Source: Narcine bancroftii
Lineage: Eukaryota
Direction: 5' to 3'
NCBI RefSeq assembly: GCF_036971445.1
Contig: NC_091475.1
Coordinates: forward strand, 26,722,001 to 26,786,000
DNA length: 64,000 bases
The notes under the pieces: model-generated
What the model was told of the DNA's origin: nothing
The model's input: the letters and a program-made list of their open reading frames with translations, nothing else
The model's database searches: none
Program-made: the position numbers and the translations under genes
In this document: positions 13,461 through 26,599 of the stretch, piece after piece
How the letters are laid out: every line of letters begins with the position of its first letter
Position numbering within the stretch: position 1 is the stretch's first letter

Positions 13461-14479
13461 AGCGCAATGGGCCATGGCTCATTGGAGGGCAACAGCGTGT
13501 TGCCATGTGGGTCTTTAAAAATGTGAAATAAAATACTTTAAATTAGATAAACAAAATGCATTACTTATGGAGCTGCCTTTGACTTGAAAATATGGTGCAG
13601 TCTTTGCCTCTAGTAAGCCTTGGCACGTTAGGCTGGGAGCCAGGTGGGCCTTCAGCCGAAAAAAGGTTGAGAATTTGGGTTTTCCTTTATCTTATTTGCC
13701 AAGTCCTTCTTGTGACCTCTTCTAGCTTTCCTAAGTCCTTTCTTAAGTTCCTTGGGAACGGCCGTCAAGACATTTTAGAATATTAAATGCGCTATATAAT
13801 GCAAGTTTTATCAGCACAGCTTAATGCTTCCGCAGTCAATGGGAATATTGCACGTGACATTTTGTCCTCCTTTCTCAGATAGCAATTTGATAAATTGAGC
13901 CAGTAATTCTTGACTTCTCACTGTGACCTATTCCTACCTGACCTTTGTTCATTAGGAAATGCAACCAGAAAGATTTTATGAAACTGCTCCTGCTAAAGTT
14001 TAATGATGTATTAAAGCTGGTTTAATGACTGTCCTTATTCATGCTTTAAAAGTTCTTGTCCCCGAAGAGAAATTCAAAAAGAATACTTGAACATTTTGCA
14101 GCCAGTAGAATTGTATAGAAAATAAAGCAGAAAGAAGAGAATGACAAAAAAAATCATGAGGAATTCTGATTCTGTGAATAAGGATTAGTTATGTTCTCTG
14201 ACTAGGGGCAGAGGATCTTCAACTTAAAATAGTTAATTATCACTGAGGTTGGCTGGTGATTGGAATTTTTTGCCTCTTGAGTCCAAGTAACTGTAGGACA
14301 AATGTACCAATAAGGGAACAATATAAAAGTCAGTGAATTAAAGTGAGATCCAGAAATATGGAGGATTAGGTGTGGTGAGAGGCTGGAAGTTGTGGTGGTT
14401 GGTGAGTAGGGCCAGTATTAGGTTCGATTGCTTTGATAAGGAGGTAAAGAATGGAGAGAACCTTGTGGCAAATACCAGA

Positions 14480-15645
14480 CTATAGAATTAGTCCATCAGA
14501 TTTCTAAGTTCAGCACCAATAAACTGTTGTTCCAGAGATTTCTTCTGGTTCCAGTAAAGAAAACATTTGTTCATCTGAGCACATAAGCAGAATTAACAGG
14601 ATACATGACAGAGGTGGTCTCCAAAATGGGCTCTGGAGAAGGAATCAGAAATTGGATCCAACTGCTCTACACAAACATCAGTAGCTCAGTTCAAACTTCC
14701 CCATCACATCTGGAATATGTCTTGTTTGTTGCGGCATGGAACCCTTTGTCGAATCCATCAGGAAGGAGAGGGTTGTTCAAAGATTGTGGAGGCACCCAGT
14801 TCAAAGCCTCTTTGTGCACAGATGATGTCATCACCTTTGGTTCAAATCCATGGTCGATCTGCAGAGTGATCAGCATCTGCAACCAGTTTGTGATGGTATC
14901 ATGAGTCAGAATAAACCGCAAGAAAGACTCTTCGGTAACTGGCTTGACCATTCCCCATCACCGTCAGGTCTGATCACCTGAAGTTGCTAGCATCTGGTCC
15001 AGAGAGGCTGAGGCATATAACAAAAAAATGCCAAGATTCACCAGAAATTGGGACTGTGGGAGTAGCACTCCCTCTCAATAACCTGGAAGACATTTGGCAG
15101 GTGGTGTGAGGAGTCATCTTTCCTTTACAGTCAGAATATTACCCCCAACACATTGTGCTCTTGATGGGGTAGAGATGGTCACCCACATTTTTACACACTG
15201 TGAATCTACTAAGAGGTTCTGAAGAAGAGTCCTAGACTTGGTTCTTCCCACACAGTTACGCAATGGATTACTCTGATATATGGTCTGTTCCCATAGACAC
15301 ACACATGGACATCAATTCAGTGGCAGACACCCTTCAGTCACTATGAAACTTCCCGCACAATAAGAAGTCTGTATAGGAATGTTGCTAATGGGCACATTCC
15401 AGACTGCAGGAATATGTCTTATGGTTTCTCCAAAGCCCAGTGCAGCCATTGCAAAGGCTTTGTGCAGGACCAGAGTCTAGAAGGGAAACCCCTCAAATAA
15501 CAGAAGTGTATTTCACTTTTGAGTGGGGGGGCACATGAGTGGCAATGGCATTATGTACAAAAGAGAAGTGCTAACACTAGAGGACTTTTGCACTGTTTCC
15601 TTCGTATACACATTTTTATTATGAATAAAGTTTATTTCTGAAATA
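14480..15645 (+). mobile_element. Degraded Tx1-like (L1-clade) LINE
   Basis: KMGSGEGIRNWIQLLYTNISS and KASLCTDDV (RT YxDD region). AATAAA at about 15624. 3' end similar to the 21840-23781 copy. Confidence 0.6.
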
Positions 15646-16359
15646 AGCAGAGGCTTGGCAGGACTTGAGAGGCAGAGAGGGCAGGATTGCTAGTTAGCAA
15701 TAGCAAATTTATTGTAAATCCTGCTCCACCCAGCCCATAATAAGGCAGCTTTAAAAAACACACATTTGAGCTGGCCTCCTTCACCCTTTGAACGGCATTG
15801 ATCACTAAGCTCTGAGAAAGTTGACAGCAGTCTACACAGAAACAATGCTGTCAGGTACCAACAAATTTCAAGAAGGAGATGGATGTTCACATTACTGTTT
15901 ACATTTAATCCATTGCATGGATTAAACAAAAGCACTGAAATCTTCAACAAGTGCAGTCTAGGTCCCACACATGCAGAACTACACAGCCTGTGGCAATCGC
16001 ATTCAAAGTATATGCATCACATCCGGCCCTATATGGGACATGCAAACAGTCACATCAGGTGTGTAAAGTGGAATGGCACTGACAAATCCAATGAGTGAAA
16101 GGCTTTTATCCATGCCATAACTTTTTCTGATTTAGGTAAATGATTGGTTGAAAGAATTTCTCCTTTATCGTGCACACAACTCATCATCTTATCATAATTG
16201 AATATTGTCAGATTATTGAAGCAGCAGAAACATGAAGGTAGACAGAGGAAAACAGTTGCAAGAGATGTATATGATTAATGTGGCCGACCATTTTTTAACA
16301 ACATCATCAGATGCATCTGACGTGATGAGTCAGGCCTCTAATAAGCTTCCAACCTAGTT

Positions 16360-16820
16360 CCAGGCCTCTGACAGTAGTCCCTTTTAAATCGCAGCACCTG
16401 GGTAGCCCTTCTGGGACCCGAGTGCGATTACTGGGGCAAAGGTGCTGGAAGCACCTTTTAAATTGCAGGGAGATGGGAGATCTACCCATTAAATCGCCAA
16501 CTTGGCAATTTAAGCCCCCGCAATGACATGTCACGTACTCATCGGAAGTACCATCGGATGTTTGGATGCTGGCTGCCCAGTGACGCACGCACGCAAGTCT
16601 GACGTCACTGGAGTAAGCAGTTTGAATGTTTTTGTTTTCGAATTGCCTGGGGATGCGACCTAGGTAAGTTTAACTGGGTCCACTGAGGTAGGTCAGGAAC
16701 CCATTTGGATTCCGATGGGGTTCACCGGGACAGATCCTTTCTAACTGCTGCATAACTGGGGCACTAACCGAGCAAATTGCCCAGTTAACCCCATTTTACA
16801 CGGCAGTTTGAAAGGGCCTA
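16360..16820. mobile_element. Non-autonomous DNA transposon (PIF/Harbinger-like MITE), degraded
   Basis: GC-rich insert with terminal GCAGTTTGAAAGGGCCT and internal sub-terminal repeats. Confidence 0.35.
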
Positions 16821-17100
16821 GAGAGTATCTAGCTGCTTCACTGTGAGATGAGCAAGAACCTTGATCATTCTGTTTCTGTGGAGAAACCCTAGCCTTTGAT
16901 CTGCCTTCACAGTGGAATGACCCAGATCTCATGGATGTCCATGACTGCACATTTAATTACAAGTTTAATTACATGCTTTCTTGGGTTTTTTTAAAGGTTT
17001 ATTACAAGTGACAGAGATAGTGTAGCTGAGGGAGATTAGCCTTCAACACTAAAAAAAGTGGAGGAAATGCAAAGGTCATGCAGCCTATTCCTGTACCACA

Positions 17101-17325
17101 GGGCGACACAGTTAATGCAACACTGTACAGCACCAGAGACCTAGGGTTGAATCTGGCGTTGTCAGTAAGGAGTTTATACATCTTCCCCATGTCTGCGTGA
17201 GTTTCCTTCGGGTGCTCCGGTTTCCTCCCACCCTTCAAAATGTACCAGGTTGTTATCGAATTAGGGTGTAATTGCATAGAATGGGCTCATAGGTCGAAAG
17301 GGCCTGTTACTGTGCTAAATTTAAA
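17101..17325 (+). mobile_element. tRNA-derived V-SINE (HE1-like)
   Basis: B-box-like GGGTTGAATC followed by V-domain GGGTGCTCCGGTTTCCTCCCAC. Confidence 0.75.
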
Positions 17326-17739
17326 TATTACATTTTCTTATGGTGTCATGGACTTAATTTTAGCTTGACAGTTAACGTAAGGTTTTCTATCACAGTAAAA
17401 ACACACCAAGCCACTATACATCCAATAGATCCAACAGATCTTTAAATATTAGCCTTGAAATTACATTCCATCATTAATCAGCAAGTAATGTTGATTGACC
17501 ATATTTTTATTCAAATCATGATGTTTAACAATTTAGCGATTCTGATGCAGAGTACTGATGGTTTGTTTGGTTATAAACTGCAAAGTGGAAATCTTAGTAC
17601 AGTAATCACTGTTGTCAGTACTTCAAAATCTTATCATGGCCTTGAAATGGTTCTCCATGTATTTGTGTTATGTTGGAACATTGAATCAGTTTTGGTTTAG
17701 AAACCACTATCTCAGAGTAGATAGGTTCTACTTGCTTGG

Positions 17740-20260
17740 TTAATCATGTATGATTGAATGTGACTTCCTGCAACCCAGACTTGCACTGGTCTTCATCTTC
17801 CAAAATTCTATTGATTCTGGAGTGTTTCCAACATACAGTAGGGAGCAACGTAATCCCATTCTTTCAGAAAGGTGGGAGAGAGAAAAGAGAACCACAGACC
17901 AATTAGTGACACATCCACATATAGAAGAGAAAATAGAATCATCTGTTATTTTATTTGAAAGTAAAAATAGAAATCAACATAAATAATGAGACATAGAAAT
18001 CATTTTTGAACCTATCAGTTACAAAATATTTCAGATTATATTCTGTTGAATAAATAATGTGAATTTTTAGCAAGTCTTCTAGAAAGAAACTACTCAAGAA
18101 GCTATAAAACAACTTGAAGTACATGAGACTGGTTAGCAGGGGACCGAGAAGAGCAGTGAAGATATACTTTTTAGACTGGGAGCTGGTGACCAGTAAATTG
18201 CTGCAGGGATGAGTGTTAGAGTTCCACTTGTTCACAATCTCTAACAGTGACCGAAAGGAGATATCCAATGTAATACAGCCAGATTCACAGAGGATATGGA
18301 CAGGCTATGTGAATGAATGAGGGCATGGCAATGTGGAATTGTGATGCGGAAAAGTTTGAGGGCACTTGCTTTGGTAGAACAGATGAAAAAGTGGAGTATT
18401 TTTAAAATCCTTTTTCGGCAAGATTGAGAATGACGTGGTTCCACTTCATTTCTGAGGAGTCCATGTTACCCAGGCAAGATTTCCTCCAATGTGGGGTTCT
18501 CAACAAATCAGAAACTTTTCTGCTTAGTAGGATTTAGTTGTTACACATTTGGTGAAGGAAGCTTAAATAAATGGTATGTCTGAAATGATAAGGATTGAAG
18601 TGATTTGATTCCTTAATGAAAACTTTAATCAGAGACAGTAAACATATATAGATGATTGTATTCAAGGTATTGACTTTGCACATGCCATTTATGCAACAAA
18701 TATTGCCAACAAATATGTTTTAGTCCAATTGGCAGGTGCACTGGAAAGAAAAAGGATCCGAATCAGAATGCTTCCCTCATCCACCTATCGCCTCCTGCCT
18801 ATGGACCTATGCTCTCCCTCTGCCCATCTCCCCACCACTTTGTTCCGGTGCCTGCCTACATTTTGCTCATAACTTGATCACAGGCTCAAGCCCAAAGTTA
18901 CCTTTGCAATATAGAGTACCATCTTTGACCTGCTGGATTTCATTGGCATTGTTTTTTAACAAGTTCTAAATCTTTCCTCTGCTGACCCCTTGGTGAGGAC
19001 TAGTTTGTGTTCTCCTGATTTACCCCATCTAGAGTCCGCAATCAGTTCATTTGTTTTGCTAAAATTGAGGGCACGGTGGTTGTTGTCACTCAACTAGCTG
19101 ATCTAATTCACTCTTGTATGCTTCCTATTTGTAGCCTGTAATTCTGCCGTCGACCGTGGTGTCATCGCCAAATTTGTAGGTAGCACTTGAATCGGGCCTA
19201 GCCACACAGTCATCTGTGTATAGTGAGTAGAACAGTGGGCTAAGCACACATCCTTGGGGTGTGCCTGTATTGATTCATTTGAGATATATTAAGAATAGCT
19301 GGAGAAAAAAGTAGGGACCATTCAGAACAAAGGAGCTATAAGGTATGGATAAGATCCTAAATTAATACTTTTCACAGTAGTTGAATTGAGTAAAAGTGTC
19401 GGTGAAAATCTAGCGCAGGTCTCCTAAATAAAAAGAAGGTACTCAATGCCTTGACAGGCTTAAAGATACATAAATCCCAAGCTGCTATGGGAGTCAAGGG
19501 AAGAGATTGCTGTGGCAATTTTAAATCTCTACTGTACCCAAGTGGTCCTGGGAACTTATGCCCCTTAAGCCTATTGAGAACCCCTTCTTTTGAGATCTGC
19601 ACTAGATTTTCACCTCCCCCTTCAATAGAGTCACAGCATAGAAAAGGTCCTTCAGCCCAACTTATCTGATCTGACCAAGTTGACATTCTGGGCTAGTCCC
19701 ACCTCCTGAATTTTGTCCATATCCTTCTAAACTCCCTCTATTCAAATACCTGTCCAAATTCAACTTTCCAACTACAAAGTCTGTTTTCTTTAACATAACA
19801 TAATCTGCATTTTCAAAAAAAGGCAGAAGGGAAAAGCCTGGTAACTATAGATCTGTGAGACCCAAAATTACTGGAAAAAGAATGAAAGATAGGATTAATG
19901 AAAGGTAAGAAACTAATCAGAGCCAGCCAATATGGATTAGTCAAGGGCAGATCCTGTCCAAACAATTTGATTAAATTATCTGAAAAAAAGTAACAAAATG
20001 TATCAAGGAGGGCAGGGATATTATTTATGTGGACTTTAGTAAAGCCTTGACAAGGATGATTGGTTGAAAAGGTCAGAACCCAGTAGGAAATCAAGAGTTG
20101 TATGGCAATTGGAAGTCTGCAGCAAGCGCTGAGACCCTTGCTGTTTATAATACATGTGAATAACGTGGGTGGATACAAATGTGAGAAGGCAAGATTGGCA
20201 AATTTACAGGTGACACAAAGATGTTGTACCAAATGTACCAAGTCACCCAGACAGGCTGGA
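17740..20260. mobile_element. Degraded CR1 and Rex1 fragments
   Basis: IFQNSIDSGVFP, SQYGLVKGRSCPNNLI and related RT motifs in broken frames. Rex1-like minus-strand piece at about 19000-19270. Confidence 0.55.
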
Positions 20261-20539
20261 GGTGGTCAAAGTGCCCAGTGGAAAACTCAGAAGTCACAAC
20301 AAACATTTTGAAAGCTTGCTGACTTAATGCATGATTTAAAAAAAAGTTCACTCTTTTGCCTGTCCATTGTTGCTGTCAGACTTGTTGAATTTTTTTTTAA
20401 CCGTGTTCAGGTTTTTTTGGACACATAATCACATATTGAATTCCGGGAGATGCTTTTGATTAAAATGAGGCAATTCAGACAGTCGCAGTCCCATGAAGTG
20501 AGACGAGCACTCCCCAATTCCACTCCCCAAGGAGGGCAT

Positions 20540-21250
20540 GTGGAAAACCCCTTGGTGGGCTCACGATCTCACCGAAGGCTCGGCGACGTGACCAGCCCGA
20601 GATTTACAACTCGGGTCAACTGTGCCGACAGAGTGTAAAGTCCACGCTCCTTCGGCGTCGCGACGAGACTCAGGGACATGAAAGGTGTGGCGACGAGAAC
20701 AAGCCTGCTTTGCTCGGAAACATTTAGTCATGAACACGGCCACGTTTACTCCTGGCTGCCCCGACTTTCGGATCTCCCGTGCTCGGTTCGAAAAAGGTGC
20801 GGATTTCGGAACCGTCATTTTCCGGCTGCCCTCGGCGTGACTGGGACACGGCCCCGCCAATGAAGGGCGGCGAAGGGACCCACTACTCACCCAAGGAGAG
20901 AAGCAAGGGCAGTGCGAGAAGCGTCAACCACGTCCGCTGGGACCGCTCCATCTCACTCGCGGCGACTCAGCTGGCAGAGGGAAGTTCCCGAAAGAAGCGG
21001 CAGACTCGAAACCGCCTTCTCTAGGAGAAGCAAAAGGTTCCAACCGAGAAGCGGCTGCAGCCCGACGCTCCGCAGAAATCGGGCCGCCTGCAAGGTGCAG
21101 AGGCTGGGGCACCTGATGAACCGAAGGGACACTCCTTCAGGGTTTGAATGGTGCGGTGACGTTTGTCAGCGTGAAACTTCTGAAATGGGCCTGGCTCCAA
21201 GGTGGCAGATATTTACTCTCTGGTGTGACCATTTTCTGTCAGGAAGTCAG
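20540..21250 (-). promoter_or_regulatory. CpG island / promoter and 5' UTR of the IGSF3/CD101-like gene
   Basis: Strongly GC- and CpG-rich non-repeat segment surrounding the ATG exon, in an otherwise CpG-depleted window. kB-like GGGAAGTTCCC at 20979-20989 and ETS-like CAGGAAGT near 21240. Confidence 0.75.
20891..20951 (-). CDS. IGSF3: Coding exon 1 (signal peptide) of the IGSF3/CD101-like gene
   Basis: ATG at 20951 gives MERSQRTWLTLLALPLLLSL+G followed by consensus donor G|GTGAGT. Phase 1 joins exon 2 in frame (…LLSL-D-LCIA/QRKV), giving a full signal peptide with cleavage before Q as in IGSF3/CD101. Lies in a CpG island. Not in the ORF track. Confidence 0.85.
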
Positions 21251-21839
21251 CAATTAGGTGGTGGGAAAGTAAGGAGAGTGATGTATGAGAGAGAGAGAGA
21301 GATCCAGCAGAGTACAGGATACACATTAAACCTCAGCCAGATTACTCCATCGACAGCCTCTCCCAGTTTATTCTCTCAACCCAATCTCTGCCAAAAGCAA
21401 AAAAAAAATATTTTGTTGCTCAGATGAAAAATTGTCAACCTGAAACATTCCTTGCAAACATGTAGAGGGCGATTCTATGCTATCACAGTTTCCCCTGCTG
21501 AGTGTACCCAGCATGTTATCTAAATATTTAGCTAATTTTGGTGGATTTAAACAGATTATATTCAGTCCACAGGGGGAATGGAATTTCCCACTGCCTGTTT
21601 AATTTACAGTTGTGCAAAAGTTCGAACAAGGGGATTTTTAAGTAAACAATACTTCCTTAAAGTGTGGTAAATAATTTTACACGAGGTTGGAAGATTACAG
21701 CAATTATAATGTAACTGCAAACTCTAGGATTCCCTTCCTGACCTTCCCATTGAAAATACTGCAGATGCAGGAATCTTGAGTGAACAAGAAGCTTGTTCTC
21801 ATGTGTAGCCTTACCTACAATGGCTGGATCCATGAGATG

Positions 21840-23781
21840 TTGTCTCATCAAGAATAAAAAAGAAGAAAGACGAAGACAACTGAGAGGATGGTTGGAGCTC
21901 AAGAGATGGTCTGGTGTGAGCTGGTCAGCTGATCCATGCTGATGAGAGAATCAGGTTAATGCCCTTTCCAGGAGTCTAACGCTCACCTCCACCAGTCTCT
22001 CTAGGATGGCCACAGCAACAAACTCCTTGGGAGGACAAAGAATCCAGAACATTGTCAGGAGGACAGTGAAGGATATGAGCAAAAGGACCCTGTTTACCTG
22101 GAACCTCTTCGTCTGGAAGGTCTTGATGCAAATTTGAGGTGAAGGACATCTACTGCCTCCAGGATATCGTGGATCTTCAAGGCCCTGGCAGCTGTGCCAC
22201 ACCTTCAATAATCCTGCAGGTGAAGCACAGCCACAGCCCACCTGGTCAAAATCAGACAGGTCAGCCCAATCTCAGATAGACTTCATCTTCATCTCAAAGG
22301 CCGTAATGGTCAGAACCCTTGACGTTATGCATTGGTGTTTTCTGTTCAGATGCATGATCAGTCCCCAGCTGGTCTCAGTCTTCATCAGGCACCAGGGTGA
22401 ACTAGAAGAAGAGTGAGGCAATACTCGTCGATAACTGGTTTGACTGCTCCACCATCCCCTTCACAATTAGATTTGACTACCAGAAGGTATTGAAGATCTC
22501 GTTTGGAGGGGCCTAAACATCCATCAAAAAATGGTCAGAGCAGATTGCAAAGGTCCACCAGAAGTTGAGTTTCTAGGTGTAGTGCTCCTTCTGAATAACA
22601 GGAATGAACATGATCATCAGGTATGAGGTGCTCTCAGTACTGCTGTACGTGGTGAAGGTGTGGCCTATCCCAGTCTTCTGCTTCATATGGGGATCAAAGA
22701 TGGAAAGAGTCTGAAGGGTCACCATGTACAAGTCATCAGACCACAAAGACAAGGGTCTACCCAGTGTGGCTTTCATGCTGATGACTACCTTCGTGTGTGG
22801 CTGCATAGAAGCTGTATGTGGAATCAAGTACAAGGGCACCAAGTGCTGCTATGTGCTGAGGTTCTACCCATCCCAGGTGTTGCAAAGGATAGGGCTGGCC
22901 ACATTGCCATGTAATGTTTCAGTCAAGCTGGACTTTGCCATACATATATCCTTCATGGAAAGGTTTTTTTTTACAGACAAACACCTTTAACCACAAAGCC
23001 ATTAGGAATATCCTGCAGACACTGAGAGATGAGGACTTGATGGACATGGTGGGGTGATGCTCTGAGCAAACCATCCAGTCATCTGGTGGAATGCATCATT
23101 GCCAGGGGTCACAAACAAGCCCCAGGACTTGGCCTGGCTGGTGATGAGAGAAGCCCTCCTCAACAGATCCTTCCTCCATTATTGGATCATCACCCACTAT
23201 GCATGTTGTCCCTGAGATGACTGCAGTGGGTGAGACAGTTGCCCATCTCTTTGCAGATTGAAAATTCACTAAGAGTGTGTGGAGAAGGATGCAAGGGTCC
23301 TTGATGTGGTTCAAACCCAGCCACATTGTGACAGAGCACTCTGATTTACAGGTGGTTCCCAGGTTGCACACAGAGACAGACATCAAGAGCTGCTACAAGA
23401 CTATCAGGTCAATTAAAGATGCCAATAAACCTACCCAAACTGGATGGTCTTTCAGCACACAGTCGGTGCAGGATCATTGCTCACTGGTACATTCCAATAT
23501 ATGCTGAGTGATGCATTGAGGCTTGTTGCAGCCAAAGCGAGTTGCTGTGGGGAAGGAGCACAGTTAACACTCGTTCCATTATCGGGCATTGGGGGCTGAG
23601 ACCAAGGGGAAGCCCCTCAAACAACAGTGGGGAGGTGGTAATGACAAGGTGCCACAATGGTGTCACTGCTGGTAAATAGGAAATGAATACAGTGATGGAA
23701 ATGCATGGATACAAAACTAAGGGCGCAAAGAGACTTTGAACAATTTATTTTTGTGAATAAATTGTATTTTTGAAAAAAAAA
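21840..23781 (+). mobile_element. Degraded Tx1-like LINE with poly(A) tail
   Basis: Endonuclease remnant IDFIFISK, then FCFIWGSKMERV, VLRFYPSQVLQRIGLATLP, QDLAWLVMREAL, ETVAHLFAD, VWRRMQG. AATAAA at 23756-23761 followed by an A-run. Confidence 0.7.
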
Positions 23782-24559
23782 GAAACTAGGGGACTCGACA
23801 GGTCAGGCATCATCCATGGCTAGAAATGGTTCAATCAATGCTTTGTGTTGTGTCCCTTTGTTGAGACTAAAGTTGGAATGGGAGATATCAAGTAACATAG
23901 CATTCTCCTAGTTGCTACAAACTAAATAATGGGTTATGTTCCTGGTCTTTCAGCTAACAATCTCATGGATGACGCATTCACCTTCCTCAAGACAACAGTA
24001 ACTCCGTGACGGAAAGGTCAATTACCTACACAAGAAATCCTACTGCCACAAACAGCAAAGTTCCCTCTGCTCGATCACTATTTTCTGCTGAGCAAATAGA
24101 CTCTCTCCTCCTCTCCTCTCCTATAAAGTAATCTGCATTTGATATAATTTTAATGGGGCACAGTCCAGGTCAGGAAATTAAAACTCAAAATTGCTTCTAT
24201 TTCTGTTGTTGAAACTAAATTAAATCCTTGCCAAATGCATGCAAACAACTTGAGTGTGTCAGCATTTCCAAATGGTTTTTGAGACAAAATTCGTATATAA
24301 ATACCTTCTCTCTGGAAACTATTATGGATATTATCTCTGCCAATTATCAAAAGCCATGAAAGTTCCGACACCTGACTCTCCTCACTGTCACACTGCTGCT
24401 CTGGTCTCACAGCTGATGCATGTAAGAACAGCTTCTCTTGGGGAATGATGGGATGCTGCAATCAAGCTCTGGATTGTGCACACAATTTCCTTTAATGACG
24501 CAAAGTTCCACCCCTGTTATTGTAGATGCAGTCAGCCACCCTTCCTTCAATCCCCGAAA

Positions 24560-24965
24560 CAAACATAGAACTGTACAGCACAGGTCAGCCCACATGTACC
24601 CACTGAACTTGAAGTCCAAATTAAACTAAAACTCTCCTGCTTGCATGTGATCCATATCCCTCTATTCTCTGCCTATTCATGCGTCGACCTAGAAACTTCT
24701 TAATACCTGTACTACTATTGAATCTGCTTCTACCACTTCTGACAACCTGCTCCAAGCACCTGCCACTCTGTGTAAAAAAATAAATCGCTCCTCACATCTC
24801 TTTTAACCTTTCTCCACCCATCTTAAATACATGTCCACTAGTGCGTGACATATTTACCTTGGGATAAAAATTCTAGCTGTCTGCGCCTCTCATCATTTTA
24901 TAAACTTTTATCAGGCTCCCCTCAGCCTCTGACACGCCAAAGAAAAAGCCAGGTTTGGCCAACTC
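24560..24965 (-). mobile_element. CR1 LINE 3' fragment
   Basis: CATAGAACTGTACAGCACAG start and CR1 3'-region sequence similar to 11730-12200. Confidence 0.6.
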
Positions 24966-26599
24966 TCACATACTTAAAGTGAATCTTTCCCTTCCTGTTG
25001 AGAGTTTTTGAGATCTACAGGAACAAATCAATAGTACATCACAGTATCTAAAAACATGTACCACTTACAACTCACATTCTCTGAATGGCTGGGGGAGAGC
25101 CCAGCCAAGCTGCTAGGCTCATTGGAGGGAAAGAAATAAGGCTTTACCTGGGGCTGGCTGTCCTAGTCGTTCAGAGCTGGTTTATGACATGATGCTCGTG
25201 AAATATCGTTCAAATTCATTGCCAAGTATTTTCTTGCATGACAACATCTGATGTGCTACATTACTTACTTAACCGTGGTTCGTTTGCCCTTGCAATTGGA
25301 GTATCCACTGAGAAATCCATTGGTGGCAAGTGTGCTGAGTTGGAACAATCAGAGCAATTAAAGGATGCAAGAAAGTGAGAACCCAAACACAAGAGAAGGA
25401 AGTATGGATGGGAAGGTTGAAAATGATTCATGATGGAAACCTCTAAATTGTTTAGTTACCATTGCTTCCCAACCTTAGAAACCAATGATATTAAAGTAAG
25501 GATTTACCCCTGCATCACACATGCCAGAAAATTTCATGCAGGGTAGCTTTGGCCAATAATTAATGTTCACACATGGATCTCTTTGTGAAGGCAGTATTTT
25601 GCAAGCAAGAGATTAGATGGGCATGGACATGAATGGAAATACAGTTTGATAGATGTCAATTCTATTTCCACTTCCCACTCCCTGACACTTGCTGCAAAAC
25701 AGGCAACCCCCTATGGACATCGTTTAGACTGCTCTCGTGTATATTGTCACACGAACATTGCCATAACGTGGAAAAAGATTGTGATATTTCATATCCCCAA
25801 TATTATTTTTTTAAAGGATTAAAAGATAATAACAGAATCGAAATGGCCCACGGTACGGGCTGAAGGAAAGAGGAGATGTCTTTGTGGAACGTTTGACAGT
25901 TTCATCTTGATCCTGGGGTGAATTTTAAATAAAATACTTCCATCAATTTTTAAACATAAATATTATGTGCTATTGGTGGACTGTAAAGAACAAAAGAATT
26001 CACCTCAAGAGGTGCCCTTGAATTTATTAGTCATACTGAACTTTTATTATATTACTAGTGTAACATCCTAAAATCTAGTTTACAGATGATTCAGCACCCA
26101 ACTTGGTTACAGTCAGTATTTGATGTCCCCTGTATTTAACAGACCTGATACAACATTAGGAAGAATTAAATAAAACAAGAGAAAAAAAAATGTGAAGTAG
26201 AAATTAGAAAATATTGCTATTCAAATGGAACTGGGTATCGTGTATTCCACCGGAAATTCATCTCCTCCATTCAGAGCTCCCACTCTGGTCTTTACGTGGG
26301 AGAACCCAAATGCAGATGTGGCAACTGCTTTGAAGGTCACCAGAGTTGGGGCCACTCTGGGCGTCCAGTCTGTGTGAAAGTCTCAAGGGCCAAATATTGA
26401 CTGCCTATGGCTTTCCATGGATGTTGTGTGACCTGCTGAGTTCCTCCAGCACTTTTGTGTATGATCTCCTGAATTTCAAGTTCAAGTTCAACTATATTGT
26501 CAGAGTAGATACATTGTATCACATATAGCCCCGAGATTCTCTTTCCTAGGCGCCCGGCAGAATTTCTACTTATCAGTAGTGTACTCAAGTAAAAGATGC

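Noticed and set aside
20561-21427. Several overlapping 60-170 aa ORFs in the CpG island
   Set aside because: Expected in GC-rich sequence; no recognisable protein. Only the 61-nt leader exon is supported.
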